A DNA stretch of 63,945 nt, filler included, from Sandaracinaceae bacterium (GTDB lineage: Bacteria; Myxococcota_A; Polyangia; Polyangiales; JADJQN01), in NCBI GenBank assembly GCA_947483975.1. It is 6 parts of 6 records of this genome, joined end to end, with 100 filler letters (N's around TTAATTAATTAA, not from the genome) between each part and the next. Parts side by side here need not be neighbours in the genome. Positions count along the whole stretch, not along the records: positions 32,668 to 43,379 come from CANKOL010000163.1; positions 43,480 to 54,177 come from CANKOL010000164.1; 4 more parts are not named here. One strand, written 5' to 3'. Shown piece by piece: positions 35,467-44,715 of the stretch. Each line of letters begins with the position of its first letter. Position 1 is the stretch's first letter. Below the pieces are notes generated by a model that did not search any database, was not told the DNA's origin, and saw nothing but the letters and a program-made list of their open reading frames with translations. Made by a program: the position numbers and the translations under genes.

Positions 35467-36666
35467 TCAGTCGACGGCGAACGCGAACAAGTTGCCGCCG
35501 TTGCTGACCACGAAGCCGAGGTGTCCGGCGACGGCGCACTCCGCGGTGAAGCCGTGCCCAGACTCGAGCCTCGATAGCTCGGCGCCCGTGTCGAGGGACA
35601 GCGCCAGGAAGCCGCCGAGGTTCTCGCCGACGAGGACGACGCCCCGCACGATGGTCGCCGGTCCAGCGGCGCCGCGCACGACCGCGCGCTTCCAGACGTC
35701 GCTGTGCTGCTCGGTGTCGAAGCGCACGATGCCCGCGTCGGCTGACGACAGCACGAGCCCGCCGTCGCCCGCCGCAGCGATCGAGACGATGCTCGTCCGG
35801 TCCGCGTCCTTCCACACGACGTTGCCGCTGCCCACCGAGAGCTCGTAGAGCCCCGCCGAGAACGACGCGATCCAGAGCCGGTCGCCGACGATGACCGGGG
35901 TCGTGTCGACGTCCACGAAGCGCGAGGTGTTGTCGCCGTCCTCCTCCAGGTCGATCGCCGTGTCGCGCTCCCACGCCGCCTGCCCGGTGCCCGCGTCGAG
36001 CGAGACGACGAAGCCGTCGGTGAAGCCGACGAAGAGCTTGCCCTCGTGCAGCACGATGCCCGAGTGCCCGGTCAGCGAGAACCCTTGCGGCGCGTCGCGC
36101 TTGTAGCGCCACAGCTCCGTGCCGTCCGTGCGCGAGAACGCAACCACGATGTCGCTCGCCGTCACGACGTAGACCGCGTCCGCCGAGAGCGCCGGCGCAG
36201 AGCGCATCGGCCCGCCCGCCGACTTCTGCCAGCGCTCCGTGCCGTCAGCAGTGCGCAGCGACGAGACGATGCCCTCCGCGTTGCCGACGTACAGCTCCCC
36301 AGCCTCGCCATCGACCACGGGCTGCCCCTCGATGGCGCCGCCGCTGTCATAGCGCCAGAGCTTCCTGCCAGTCGGCGTCAGCGCCCAGAGGCTCCCCGCA
36401 GACGAGCCGACGTACACTCGATCGTGCCGCGGATCGAGGGCAGCGACGGCGCGCTCGACCGGCTCGTACGAGCCGCCGAACTCCGGCGTCAGGCGCTCGG
36501 TCCAGCGCATATGGACCGGACCTTCGAGCACCCGCGCGCGCGGCGTGCCGCCGATCCAGTCAGTCGGGGCGTCTCCCATGAGCGCCACGCCGCAGCCTGA
36601 GCCCGCGGCGAGCCCAAGCCCGACGACCGCTGCGAGCGCCGCACCGGCGACGCTGCGACGCATCAC
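35467..36666 (-). CDS. PQQ-like beta-propeller lipoprotein (BamB-like)
   Basis: Lipobox GSGC; repeated G..LW / DGTERW blades, FVDVDTTPV; follows a YfgM-like gene. Confidence 0.8.
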   Translation of the reverse strand: MMRRSVAGAALAAVVGLGLAAGSGCGVALMGDAPTDWIGGTPRARVLEGPVHMRWTERLTPEFGGSYEPVERAVAALDPRHDRVYVGSSAGSLWALTPTGRKLWRYDSGGAIEGQPVVDGEAGELYVGNAEGIVSSLRTADGTERWQKSAGGPMRSAPALSADAVYVVTASDIVVAFSRTDGTELWRYKRDAPQGFSLTGHSGIVLHEGKLFVGFTDGFVVSLDAGTGQAAWERDTAIDLEEDGDNTSRFVDVDTTPVIVGDRLWIASFSAGLYELSVGSGNVVWKDADRTSIVSIAAAGDGGLVLSSADAGIVRFDTEQHSDVWKRAVVRGAAGPATIVRGVVLVGENLGGFLALSLDTGAELSRLESGHGFTAECAVAGHLGFVVSNGGNLFAFAVD

Positions 36667-37895
36667 TCGCCCGCCCCCGGAGGCAAGCCGGGAGGCGCGC
36701 CGCCGCCAGCGCCGCCCTGGTTCTTCTGCAGGTTCCGCAGGATCTCTTGGATCTGCTCGGGCGTGACGTTCCCGCCGCCCTCGCCGCCGATCTGCACGCC
36801 GCCCGGGCCGAACATCGTCCCGTTGCCGGTGCCCTGGGTCGGGCGCTCTACGAGCGACGAGCCGAGCTCCGCGAGCCGCAGCTCCGCCTGTCCGAGCACG
36901 TACGGCGAGACCTCCCCAGGCTGGCTCTCGTCCCGGGCCCGCAGGCGCCGCACGAGCTCCTCGAGGAGCGTCTTGGCGCGCGCGTCGGCGTGCGTCCGCA
37001 GGTACATCCGCGCGAGGTGGTAGTCGGCGAGATCCTTGTACGCGCCCTCGCCCGCCCGCGACAGCTCGCCGAACTTGGCGATCGCCTGGTCCGGCTGGTT
37101 CTGCGACTCGAACGTGAACGCGAGCCCCTCGTAGGCGCGCGCGGCCACTGCCGTGTCGCCGCTGCCCTCGCGGATGGCCTTCTCGTAGGCCGCGCGGGCC
37201 TCCGCAGGCTTGCCGAGATCGAGGAGCGCGCGGGCCTCGCCGAGGCGCGCCCAGACGGCGGCGTCGGTGCCGGAGTGACGGCTCGTCACCTTGCGGAAGA
37301 GCTCGAGCGCCTTCGTGGCGCGGGCGTTCGTCGTGACGAACGTCTCGCGACCGGAGATGTCGTCCTCTGGCGCGGGCGCGTCGGCGGGGCGAATCTCGGC
37401 GTTCGCGACGTCGAGGGCCTCACCGAGCGCCACTGCCGCCTGCTCGGCCGAGCGACTGCCGAACATCGACCAGCCGATGTAGCCAGCGACCACGACGAGC
37501 ACCACCGCGAGGACGCCGTACGCGATCTTGCGGTTCTCTTCGAGCCAGGTCGCCATCGTCGCGGCGCGGGCCTCGACCTTCTCCTCGACCTCGTCGGCCT
37601 TCGTCTTGCCGCGCTTGGCCGCCTTGGCTGCAGCCTTGGCCGCGCGCTGCGCAGCGAGCCGCGCGCCAGCGCTCGGCGCCTTGCCGCCCGCCGCAGGCTT
37701 GGCTGAGCCCTCAGAATCGGCCTTCGCGGCGTCCTCGTCGGCGCCGCTGGCCTCTGCCGACTCGTCCGCGCTGCCCGCGTCCGCGTCGTCGTCCCCGTCG
37801 GCGTCCGCCGAGCGTGCTCCGGTGCCTTCCTCGGCCTCTGCCGGGGTCGACTCCTCAGTGGCCGCTTCGTCCTTGTTCTCGTCGGGGTTCGCCAA
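36663..37895 (-). CDS. YfgM-like TPR membrane protein
   Basis: Acidic N-terminus, WLEENRK + one TM helix + TPR helices; yfgM-bamB-type order. Confidence 0.75.
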   Translation of the reverse strand: MANPDENKDEAATEESTPAEAEEGTGARSADADGDDDADAGSADESAEASGADEDAAKADSEGSAKPAAGGKAPSAGARLAAQRAAKAAAKAAKRGKTKADEVEEKVEARAATMATWLEENRKIAYGVLAVVLVVVAGYIGWSMFGSRSAEQAAVALGEALDVANAEIRPADAPAPEDDISGRETFVTTNARATKALELFRKVTSRHSGTDAAVWARLGEARALLDLGKPAEARAAYEKAIREGSGDTAVAARAYEGLAFTFESQNQPDQAIAKFGELSRAGEGAYKDLADYHLARMYLRTHADARAKTLLEELVRRLRARDESQPGEVSPYVLGQAELRLAELGSSLVERPTQGTGNGTMFGPGGVQIGGEGGGNVTPEQIQEILRNLQKNQGGAGGGAPPGLPPGAGE

Positions 37896-38046
37896 GGCGG
37901 AATCTCCTACAGATCTGAGTACTTACAGGCCGTTCCGAGAACGCAGCGCGCGTTTCATCAGTCTCGGGGCGCCCGACTATACCCGCGCCCCCCTGCGAGT
38001 CAACGGACGCGCGCGTGCGCGGAACGCGTGGTATGTCGCCGAACGT

Positions 38047-38580
38047 ATGCGGCTCGCCCCCCTCGCAGCGCTCGTCCTCGCCGCCGGCGCCGCCCTCCTA
38101 CCGTCGCGCGCCCTCGCCTACGAGGATGAGCTCACTGTCGACGTCGGCGTCGGCTACGCCCACGCTTTCGCGAGCGGCGCGGTGCCGAGCTCCGGCGTGC
38201 CGCTCGCGCTGACGGCGTCCGTCGGCCTCAACGATGTCTGGACGCTCCGCGCTACCGCGGCCTACGCGCTCCACCCCGGCGACCCGACGGTGCACATCGG
38301 CGTGCTCGGCGCCGAGCTCCTCTACATCGTCGACATCCTCGAGATCGTCCCGTACTTCGGCGCGGGCGTCGACGCCCTCGCCTCGCTCAGCCACGGCGCG
38401 CTCGGCGCGGACTTCGCGGCGCACATCGTGCTCGGCGCCGACTACCTGCTGTCCCGCAGCGCCTACGTCGGCGTCGACCTCCGCTCGTACCTGCTCGTCT
38501 CCGACTTGTTCGCGACCAACCCGCGCTTCCCCGTCTATCTGACGGTCCTCGCGCGCGTCGGCTTCGTGTTCGATCTCTGA
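38047..38580 (+). CDS. Small outer-membrane beta-barrel protein
   Basis: Signal peptide (ALA-YE), amphipathic strands, IVPYFGAG, C-terminal VGFVFDL. Confidence 0.75.
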   Translation: MRLAPLAALVLAAGAALLPSRALAYEDELTVDVGVGYAHAFASGAVPSSGVPLALTASVGLNDVWTLRATAAYALHPGDPTVHIGVLGAELLYIVDILEIVPYFGAGVDALASLSHGALGADFAAHIVLGADYLLSRSAYVGVDLRSYLLVSDLFATNPRFPVYLTVLARVGFVFDL

Positions 38581-38640
38581 GCACCGGGCGAGCTCCGCCC
38601 GGCGTCCGTTCGATGACCGGCCGACGCGAGGCCGCCTTCG

Positions 38641-38900
38641 AACTCCGAGCAGTCCGGGCCGAGTCCGCCGCCATGCAAGCCCCACTCGGAGCGAATCGCG
38701 GCTCGTGGGCCGGTCGCGCGGACCACTCAGCCCCTTCGCCGCCGATCGCGTCTGTGTCCGCGGAGCACTCCGAGTGACCGGCGGCGCCTGCAGAGGTGTT
38801 CGGGGACCGCTCGGAGTGAGGCGGTCGCCGTCGCGCCCCCCGGCACTTCGCTCGGAGTGATTCCGCCTCGCTGCGAGCACCCCGGGCATTGCTCGGAGCG
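38641..38900. repeat. Array of seven short palindromes (consensus CRCTCSGAGYG) at 41-42 bp spacing with unique spacers
   Basis: CTC cores begin at 38643, 38685, 38726 (degenerate), 38768, 38810, 38851, 38892. Confidence 0.8.
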
Positions 38901-39323
38901 GGTCGGGGCAGTTCCTCGTGCGGCTGACTCGCTCGCGCTCGCCGAGCGCCAACTCGTACGGAAGCGCCTCAGCCGCGCCGAGCATGCGTGAAGGGCGGCC
39001 CACTTTCAGCGACTTCACGAGGCGCTCGCGCACCTTCGCATGCCAGGCGGCAGGCGCCGGATCAGCGGTCCGGAAAGGCCCCGTGCCGCCACAGCATGTC
39101 GAGGCTCCGTGGGCCGGTCTCGTGACGGCGGGCGACTCGTCGAGCGCCTCGGGGAAACAGGGCTCGATGGCGCGGCCAAACATCCTTGCGATTCAAGCAT
39201 CGAGATGCACGTTTTGCAGGGATGACGGCTGCGCGCCGCGGGCCGTCGCTCCCCCCGCGCCGGGCAAATCGGGGGCGGCGACCCTGGCGAGCCACGAAGC
39301 CGCCCCCTCGGCAGCGTCACACG

Positions 39324-39929
39324 TCAGAACGCGTAGCCGATGGAGAGGCGTACGGCGGGCGCAGCGCCTGATGCGCTCGTCCCGGCGCTCGTCCCGACCT
39401 TGACGTAACGGACGCCACCACCGAACGAGAGGACGAAGTGGCTCCAGATCGCCGTGTACCCGACGAGTGCGCCTGCCTCGAAACCCATCGCCGATGTTCC
39501 TCCGGCGAACGCATAGAGCCACCCAAGCTCCGGGGAGAGCCAGAAGCCCTCGTTGGCCTCGCCCAGCAGGAAGAAACGGAAACCAGTGGTGAATCCGAAA
39601 GCGACGAGGTCGCCTGAGAGCAACACCTGCGGCCCGATGAAGAAGGACGTCCGGGCCGCGAGTCGCCGCTCAACCTCGACGTTGAAGACCTTGAAGACCA
39701 TCGCGAGCGGATTGATGGTGACGTTCCGGGTGTACGCCGGCGTGCCTGCGACGGCGGGCGTGGCGGCGCCCGCTGTAGGAACGCCGGGAGCAGTGGCCTC
39801 AGCGTCCATGGGTTGTTCCGTCGCCCCGGTGCCGACTTGCCCTCCGACACGCGGCGCTTGCTGCGCGGCTGCTGTGGTCCCAATCGAGCAGATGGTGAGT
39901 GCCGCCAACGCCGAGATGAAAACGCGCAT
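39324..39929 (-). CDS. Outer-membrane beta-barrel protein (DUF3575-like)
   Basis: Signal peptide; NVTINPLAMV..FNVEVER; C-terminal LSIGYAF. Confidence 0.75.
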   Translation of the reverse strand: MRVFISALAALTICSIGTTAAAQQAPRVGGQVGTGATEQPMDAEATAPGVPTAGAATPAVAGTPAYTRNVTINPLAMVFKVFNVEVERRLAARTSFFIGPQVLLSGDLVAFGFTTGFRFFLLGEANEGFWLSPELGWLYAFAGGTSAMGFEAGALVGYTAIWSHFVLSFGGGVRYVKVGTSAGTSASGAAPAVRLSIGYAF

Positions 39930-40016
39930 TCGTCAGTTCCTTTGGTTCAAAGACATGAGCCGGACCATATATCATGTTTTATGTTTAGGTTGCAACGCAC
40001 TCCCTAGCGTTGCCAC

Positions 40017-40394
40017 GTGGCTCGTTCACGCCCCCGCGACCGACGAGTCGGCCCTCCGTTTGCCCAGGGATTCGCGGATGCCACGTTGCGCATCGCGGCC
40101 AACGTCCGTCGACTACGAGCTGAGCGCGGACTGACTCAGGAGCGGCTCGCCGAGCGTGCTGAGCTGTCCACGGTCGGCGTTGCGTTCATCGAAGGGGCCC
40201 GGACCAACGTGACGACCGCGACGCTCTGCCAGCTCGCTCACGCGCTCGAGGTCGACATCGCGGTCCTCGTGAGCCCTCACGTCGTCGGTGAGCGAGCGGT
40301 AGCGCGTCCACCCGATGCAACGGCGGCCGAGGCGGAGCGCCCACCACAACCGCTGACCAAACGCAGGTCGAAATCCATCACCGGGGGGCGCTGA
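40017..40394 (+). CDS. XRE-family HTH transcriptional regulator
   Basis: NVRRLRAERGLTQERLAERAELS...IEGARTNVT...LAHALEV. Confidence 0.88.
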   Translation: MARSRPRDRRVGPPFAQGFADATLRIAANVRRLRAERGLTQERLAERAELSTVGVAFIEGARTNVTTATLCQLAHALEVDIAVLVSPHVVGERAVARPPDATAAEAERPPQPLTKRRSKSITGGR

Positions 40395-40499
40395 CCCTCA
40401 GGGCAATCGCGTTCTCACTGTGAGTCCAGTCTGCTCATCCGAGATGTATGGCGGAGGCTCACCCCGCCCTCACCCACGTTGTGCCCGCGCGCCGTCAAC

Positions 40500-40530
40500 A
40501 CCCTCTCCCGCAGCGGCGGCGGGAGAGGGT
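40500..40530. repeat. REP-like palindrome / hairpin
   Basis: ACCCTCTCCCGC-7 nt-GCGGGAGAGGGT, preceded by CCCTCACCC. Confidence 0.6.
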
Positions 40531-40875
40531 ACCTGGCGCAGCCCGTACGGCGAGGGCGAGGGCAGGGAAGAGCCGCCTCACCGTCAGGAACGGAAAACTC
40601 GATTGCCCTGCGCTGCCCTTCCTTCGGAGCCGACCCTCCCCCTCTCAGCGCCCGTCGCCCCCGCGTCGTGCGCCGCGCCGTCGATTCCCGGGACCGCCTC
40701 CGCGATTGCCCTGCGGAGCGACCTCGCGTAGCGTCACTCGATGTTTACAGTGCTTGGCCCTCGCGCCGTCGGAGGGCGCCGTCAGCGCTTCTGCTGGCTG
40801 ACGCGCCCCGCCGACCCGGCGCTCGGGCGCGACGCCCGCGCAGGCTCGTCCCGAGCGCACCTCTCGTCGCAGCGT

Positions 40876-41583
40876 ATGACGCCGCTGGCCCTCGCCTGCC
40901 TGGCGGCGTGCGCGCTGGGCTGCGACGGTTCCTCGGTCCAGGCCGCGGGTCCGGTCGCGCACCCACCCCCGGTCGCGCCCTCCGCCCCCTCGCTCGTCGC
41001 TGAGCCGGTCGCCCCGGCCCCGGTCGAGCCACCGCCCGCGACGGTCCCTCCCGACGCGCCAACGGTCTGTGCTGTCGACGAGCGCTCTGACAGCGAGGAA
41101 CTCGTGTTCTCGGCCACGTCGTTCACGCAGACGCACGGGGACGCGTGCCGCCTGGTCGCGCCCACCCTCCGCCAGCCGCGCGCGATCTGCGGGCTCGCGA
41201 GCGACGTCACGACCGATGTGCTCAGCGCGACCGCGGTGTGGAGCCCCGACGCGCAGGCGAAGGTGGTCTTTCGCGTGGTCGAGGGGCCGGGCGGCGCTGG
41301 GCGCCTGCTCGCCTGCGTCGAGGGCACCACGACGGCGCCGCGCGAGGTTCTGGCGTTCCACTTCGATCCCCGAGGCGGGACGCAGGTCTACGTCTGGCAG
41401 ACGCGCGAGGGAGCCGTCGTCTCCGCGGAGCTCGGCGACCACGGGAGCGCCGTCAGCCTTCGCTGGGACGCGGGCACGCAGTCGCTCGACGTGGCGGACC
41501 ACTGGGAAGGCGCTATCGCGACCCCGAACGCGCAGTGGCCGCGCTGGGCCCCCCCGGTGCCGGTGCACGGCGACGAAGACTGA
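40876..41583 (+). CDS. Hypothetical lipoprotein
   Basis: MTPLALACLAACALGC lipobox, Pro-rich linker. Confidence 0.65.
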   Translation: MTPLALACLAACALGCDGSSVQAAGPVAHPPPVAPSAPSLVAEPVAPAPVEPPPATVPPDAPTVCAVDERSDSEELVFSATSFTQTHGDACRLVAPTLRQPRAICGLASDVTTDVLSATAVWSPDAQAKVVFRVVEGPGGAGRLLACVEGTTTAPREVLAFHFDPRGGTQVYVWQTREGAVVSAELGDHGSAVSLRWDAGTQSLDVADHWEGAIATPNAQWPRWAPPVPVHGDED

Positions 41584-41834
41584 GCGGCGTAGGCCCGTCG
41601 AAGTCGGCGAGTGTTCGGCGCGACGTACCTGGCGGTGCGCCCCCAAAGCCGTGCTGAGCGAGCGGCACCATCGGCTCCTCGCCCCGCGCTGAGACTCCCC
41701 GCCGCGCGCCGCTTCGCCCTCGCCCCAATTGGTCGAGGCCAACCCACGCGTTCCCGTCGAACTGACGGTACTCGCGCGCGTTGGCCTCGGCTCGATCTCG
41801 AAGCGTCGACGCCCGGGCGGGCGTCAGGCGCGGT

Positions 41835-43082
41835 TCACGGGCACATCACGCCGCCGACGTCGCCTTCGTTGCGCAGGCGCAGCGTCCAGCGGCCGAAGTT
41901 CGGCAGGAGCACGCCGGTCAGCGTCGGGACGGTGGTGGTGCCCATCGAGAGCGTGTCGAACTGCGTGCGGACGCAGGCGGTCGCGGGGAAGTTCGACACG
42001 AGGATGTCGAGCTCGACCGTCGGCGCCGCCGGGAGGAACGCCGAGTAGCGGAAGTAGGTGCCGTCCATGGTGCGCTTGATCTGCGCGCCCTCGACGGTGA
42101 GCAGCGTGCCCTCTAGCGCGACCGCGCGGGTGCCGGGGGCGCCGGCGACGCCGACGAGGTCACCGAGCGCGACGACGGTGCCGGCGGGCGCCGTGCCCGC
42201 CGCGCCGCGGACGATGCTCGCGCCGCCGCCGAGGAAGACGTTCGACTGCTCGAAGTCGGTGCAGGGGACCGGCGCCGTGCCGCTCGGGCCCGCGCAGAAC
42301 TCGCCGTAGCTGCCGTTGTTGATCGAGGTGACGGCGTCGCCCGCGGCGAACGCGCTGCTGATCTTGCCGTCAGCGACGTCGAAGCAGCTCGTCGTGCCCG
42401 CCGGGAGCGGGATCAGCTCCTGGACCTGGATGGCGGTGAAGTCCCCGCTGACCGCCGCGCCGACCCAGATGGCGAAGCGACAGCTCATCGAGGTGCCGCC
42501 GGACGCCGAGCCGACGAGGACGCGCGGCGTGAGCGCGACCATGCCCGCGTCGGTGACGGTGACGCGCGTCGCGACCGCGGGGTGCGCGGCGTCGGCGCGG
42601 TTCTGAAGCTGCGGGATCGTGAAGCTCGCCGCGGGCTCGACGTAGCAGGCGGTGCCCATCGCGCAGTCGCCGCGGACGTCGCAGCAGGCGAAGTCGTTGC
42701 AGTCGAAGAAGTTGTTGCCGTCGTTGTCACAGCCGTCGCTGCACTGCGCGAGGCTCGTCTCGGGGGTGACCGTCGAGCACGCCGTCACGGGGCCGCCGTC
42801 GGGCCGGGGCATCCCGCACGCGCTGGTCGCGGGGCAGTCGCTCCGGACGCTGCAGCAGGCGTAGTCGTCGCAGTCGGCGTGACCGTTGCCGTTGTTGTCG
42901 CAGCTGTCGCTGCACATCGCGACGGTGTCCTCGGTCGCGGTCGGGGTGCAGGTCGTGCCGCCGTCGCCGGTGTGCATGTCGACGCGGACACCGCTGTCCG
43001 TGGGACGGGTCGCGTCTTCGACGCAGCCGCCGAGCGCGAGCGTAGCCAAGAGTGAGGTGATGAAGATCGAACGGCTCGTCAT
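41835..43082 (-). CDS. Cys-rich lipoprotein
   Basis: LALGGC lipobox; two CSD.CDN.GN...DC.D.ACC repeats. Confidence 0.8.
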   Translation of the reverse strand: MTSRSIFITSLLATLALGGCVEDATRPTDSGVRVDMHTGDGGTTCTPTATEDTVAMCSDSCDNNGNGHADCDDYACCSVRSDCPATSACGMPRPDGGPVTACSTVTPETSLAQCSDGCDNDGNNFFDCNDFACCDVRGDCAMGTACYVEPAASFTIPQLQNRADAAHPAVATRVTVTDAGMVALTPRVLVGSASGGTSMSCRFAIWVGAAVSGDFTAIQVQELIPLPAGTTSCFDVADGKISSAFAAGDAVTSINNGSYGEFCAGPSGTAPVPCTDFEQSNVFLGGGASIVRGAAGTAPAGTVVALGDLVGVAGAPGTRAVALEGTLLTVEGAQIKRTMDGTYFRYSAFLPAAPTVELDILVSNFPATACVRTQFDTLSMGTTTVPTLTGVLLPNFGRWTLRLRNEGDVGGVMCP

Positions 43083-43182
43083 GATGAAGGCTCTCCCCGG
43101 GCAGCACGCCCGTCGGGCGCCCATACCCGCCGCTCCGCGCGCGCGCAAGCGGTCCGCGCAAGCCGCGTAGCGTCCCCGAGAA

Positions 43183-43379
43183 TCAGCGCGGCGGCAGGAT
43201 GCGCACGAGGGGCGCGAGCTGCTCGACGGTGCGCGGCCCGATCCCGCTGACGCGGTCGAGGTCCTCGACCCGCGCGAAGCGCCCATGCCGCGCGCGGTCC
43301 GCGACGATGCGCGCGGCGAGGGCGGGCCCGAGGTGCGGCAAGAGCTCGAGGTCCGCCGCCGTCGCGCGGTTGAGGTCGA
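43183..43379 (-). CDS. Partial ComEA-like helix-hairpin-helix DNA-binding protein (3' end)
   Basis: DLNRATAADLELLPHLGPALAARIVADRARHGRFARVEDLDRVSGIGPRTVEQL. Confidence 0.88.
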
Positions 43380-43479
43380 NNNNNNNNNNNNNNNNNNNNN
43401 NNNNNNNNNNNNNNNNNNNNNNNTTAATTAATTAANNNNNNNNNNNNNNNNNNNNNNNNNNNNNNNNNNNNNNNNNNNN
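43380..43479. other. Artificial contig linker
   Basis: N44-TTAATTAATTAA-N44. Confidence 0.98.
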
Positions 43480-43827
43480 CGCGCGCCCGGCGTCGCGGTC
43501 GCGGCGCTCGAGGCGCTGCGCGCGGTGCGCGATCCGATGCTCGAAGACCTCCTCGTGGAGTCGCTCGGGCACCCCGACACGGAGGTCGTGAAGCAGGCGC
43601 TCCGAGCCATCCACGAGCACGGCGGGGCGCGCGCCGCCTCGCGCCTCGCAATCGCCCTCGCGCACTCGCAGTGGGACGTCCGTCGCCTCGCGGCGCTGCT
43701 GCTCGGCGAGCTCGCTACGCCGGCGTCGCGCGCCACCCTCGCCGCGCACCTCGCCACGGAGACGGACGACCTCGTGCGCGCCGCGATCGACGCGGGGCTC
43801 GCGGACCACGGACGGGGGCGCCTCTAG
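43480..43827 (+). CDS. Partial HEAT-repeat protein of a chemosensory cluster
   Basis: LGHPDTEVVKQALRAI, LAHSQWDVRRLAALLLG, ETDDLVRAAI. Confidence 0.8.
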   Translation, partial: RAPGVAVAALEALRAVRDPMLEDLLVESLGHPDTEVVKQALRAIHEHGGARAASRLAIALAHSQWDVRRLAALLLGELATPASRATLAAHLATETDDLVRAAIDAGLADHGRGRL

Positions 43828-44715
43828 GTGTCGATCCTGCACGACGCGGGACCGAGGCTGCGCGTGGAGGAGTTCCGGCTCCTCCGCGACCTCGTCAATT
43901 CTTTCTGCGGGATCGCCTTCCAGGATGACGCGATGTTCGTGGTCGAGCGGCGCCTCCGGGATCGCCTGCTCGCGCTGGGTCTTCCCGACTACTCCGCGTA
44001 TTACCAATATCTCCGCTATCACCCCGAGGCCCGCGCGGAGCTCGAGCGCGCCGTCGACGTGCTGACGACGAACGAGACGTACTTCTTCCGCGAGGACTAC
44101 CAGCTCAACGGCTTCCGGGACGAGGTGCTCCCCGCCATCCGCGCGCAGGCGGCCGCGCGCAAGCGCCTCGTCATCTGGAGCGCCGGCTGCTCCACCGGAG
44201 AGGAGGTCTACACGCTCGCGATCCTCGTCGAGCGCAGCGGCCTCTTCGAGGGCTGGGATGTGCGCGTCTTCGGCAACGACATCTCGCGCAGGGTCCTCGC
44301 CGCGGCCCGCAAGGGCACGTACGGCCCGTCGAGCTTCCGCGCGACGCCGCCGGAGTACGAGCAGTACTTCGTGGACGGCCCCGATGGGCGACAGGTGCAC
44401 CCGCGGATTCGAGCGATGTGTCACTTCGGCCACCTCAATCTGGTGGAAGGCGGCCGTACTGCCATCGTGGGACGTGTGGACGCAGTGTTCTGCCGCAACG
44501 TGCTCATCTACTTCGATAGCCAGTCGCGTAGGCGGGTCATCGACACCTTCTACGAGCGACTGAACCCGGGCGGCTATCTCATGCTCGGCCACAGCGAATC
44601 GCTCCTCAATGTGTCGACCGCCTTCGAGGTCGTGCACCTCACGACCGACCTCGTCTACCGTCGTCCGCTCGCGGGCTCGCCGTTCCGCAGCGGTCGAGGG
44701 GAGCGCATCGGATGA
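43828..44715 (+). CDS. cheR: Chemotaxis methyltransferase CheR
   Basis: TTNETYFFRE, WSAGCSTGEEVYT, FCRNVLIYF, LGHSESL. Confidence 0.96.
   Translation: MSILHDAGPRLRVEEFRLLRDLVNSFCGIAFQDDAMFVVERRLRDRLLALGLPDYSAYYQYLRYHPEARAELERAVDVLTTNETYFFREDYQLNGFRDEVLPAIRAQAAARKRLVIWSAGCSTGEEVYTLAILVERSGLFEGWDVRVFGNDISRRVLAAARKGTYGPSSFRATPPEYEQYFVDGPDGRQVHPRIRAMCHFGHLNLVEGGRTAIVGRVDAVFCRNVLIYFDSQSRRRVIDTFYERLNPGGYLMLGHSESLLNVSTAFEVVHLTTDLVYRRPLAGSPFRSGRGERIG

Noticed and set aside
35183..35848. ORFs spanning the 32-bp repeat array
   Set aside because: They are translations of the repeat and overlap the dif candidate and the BamB-like gene antisense; no coding signature.
39962..39989. Second dif-like site (TTATGTTTAGG arm)
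   Set aside because: The left arm GGACCATATAT lacks the CATAA XerC core; more likely promoter DNA.
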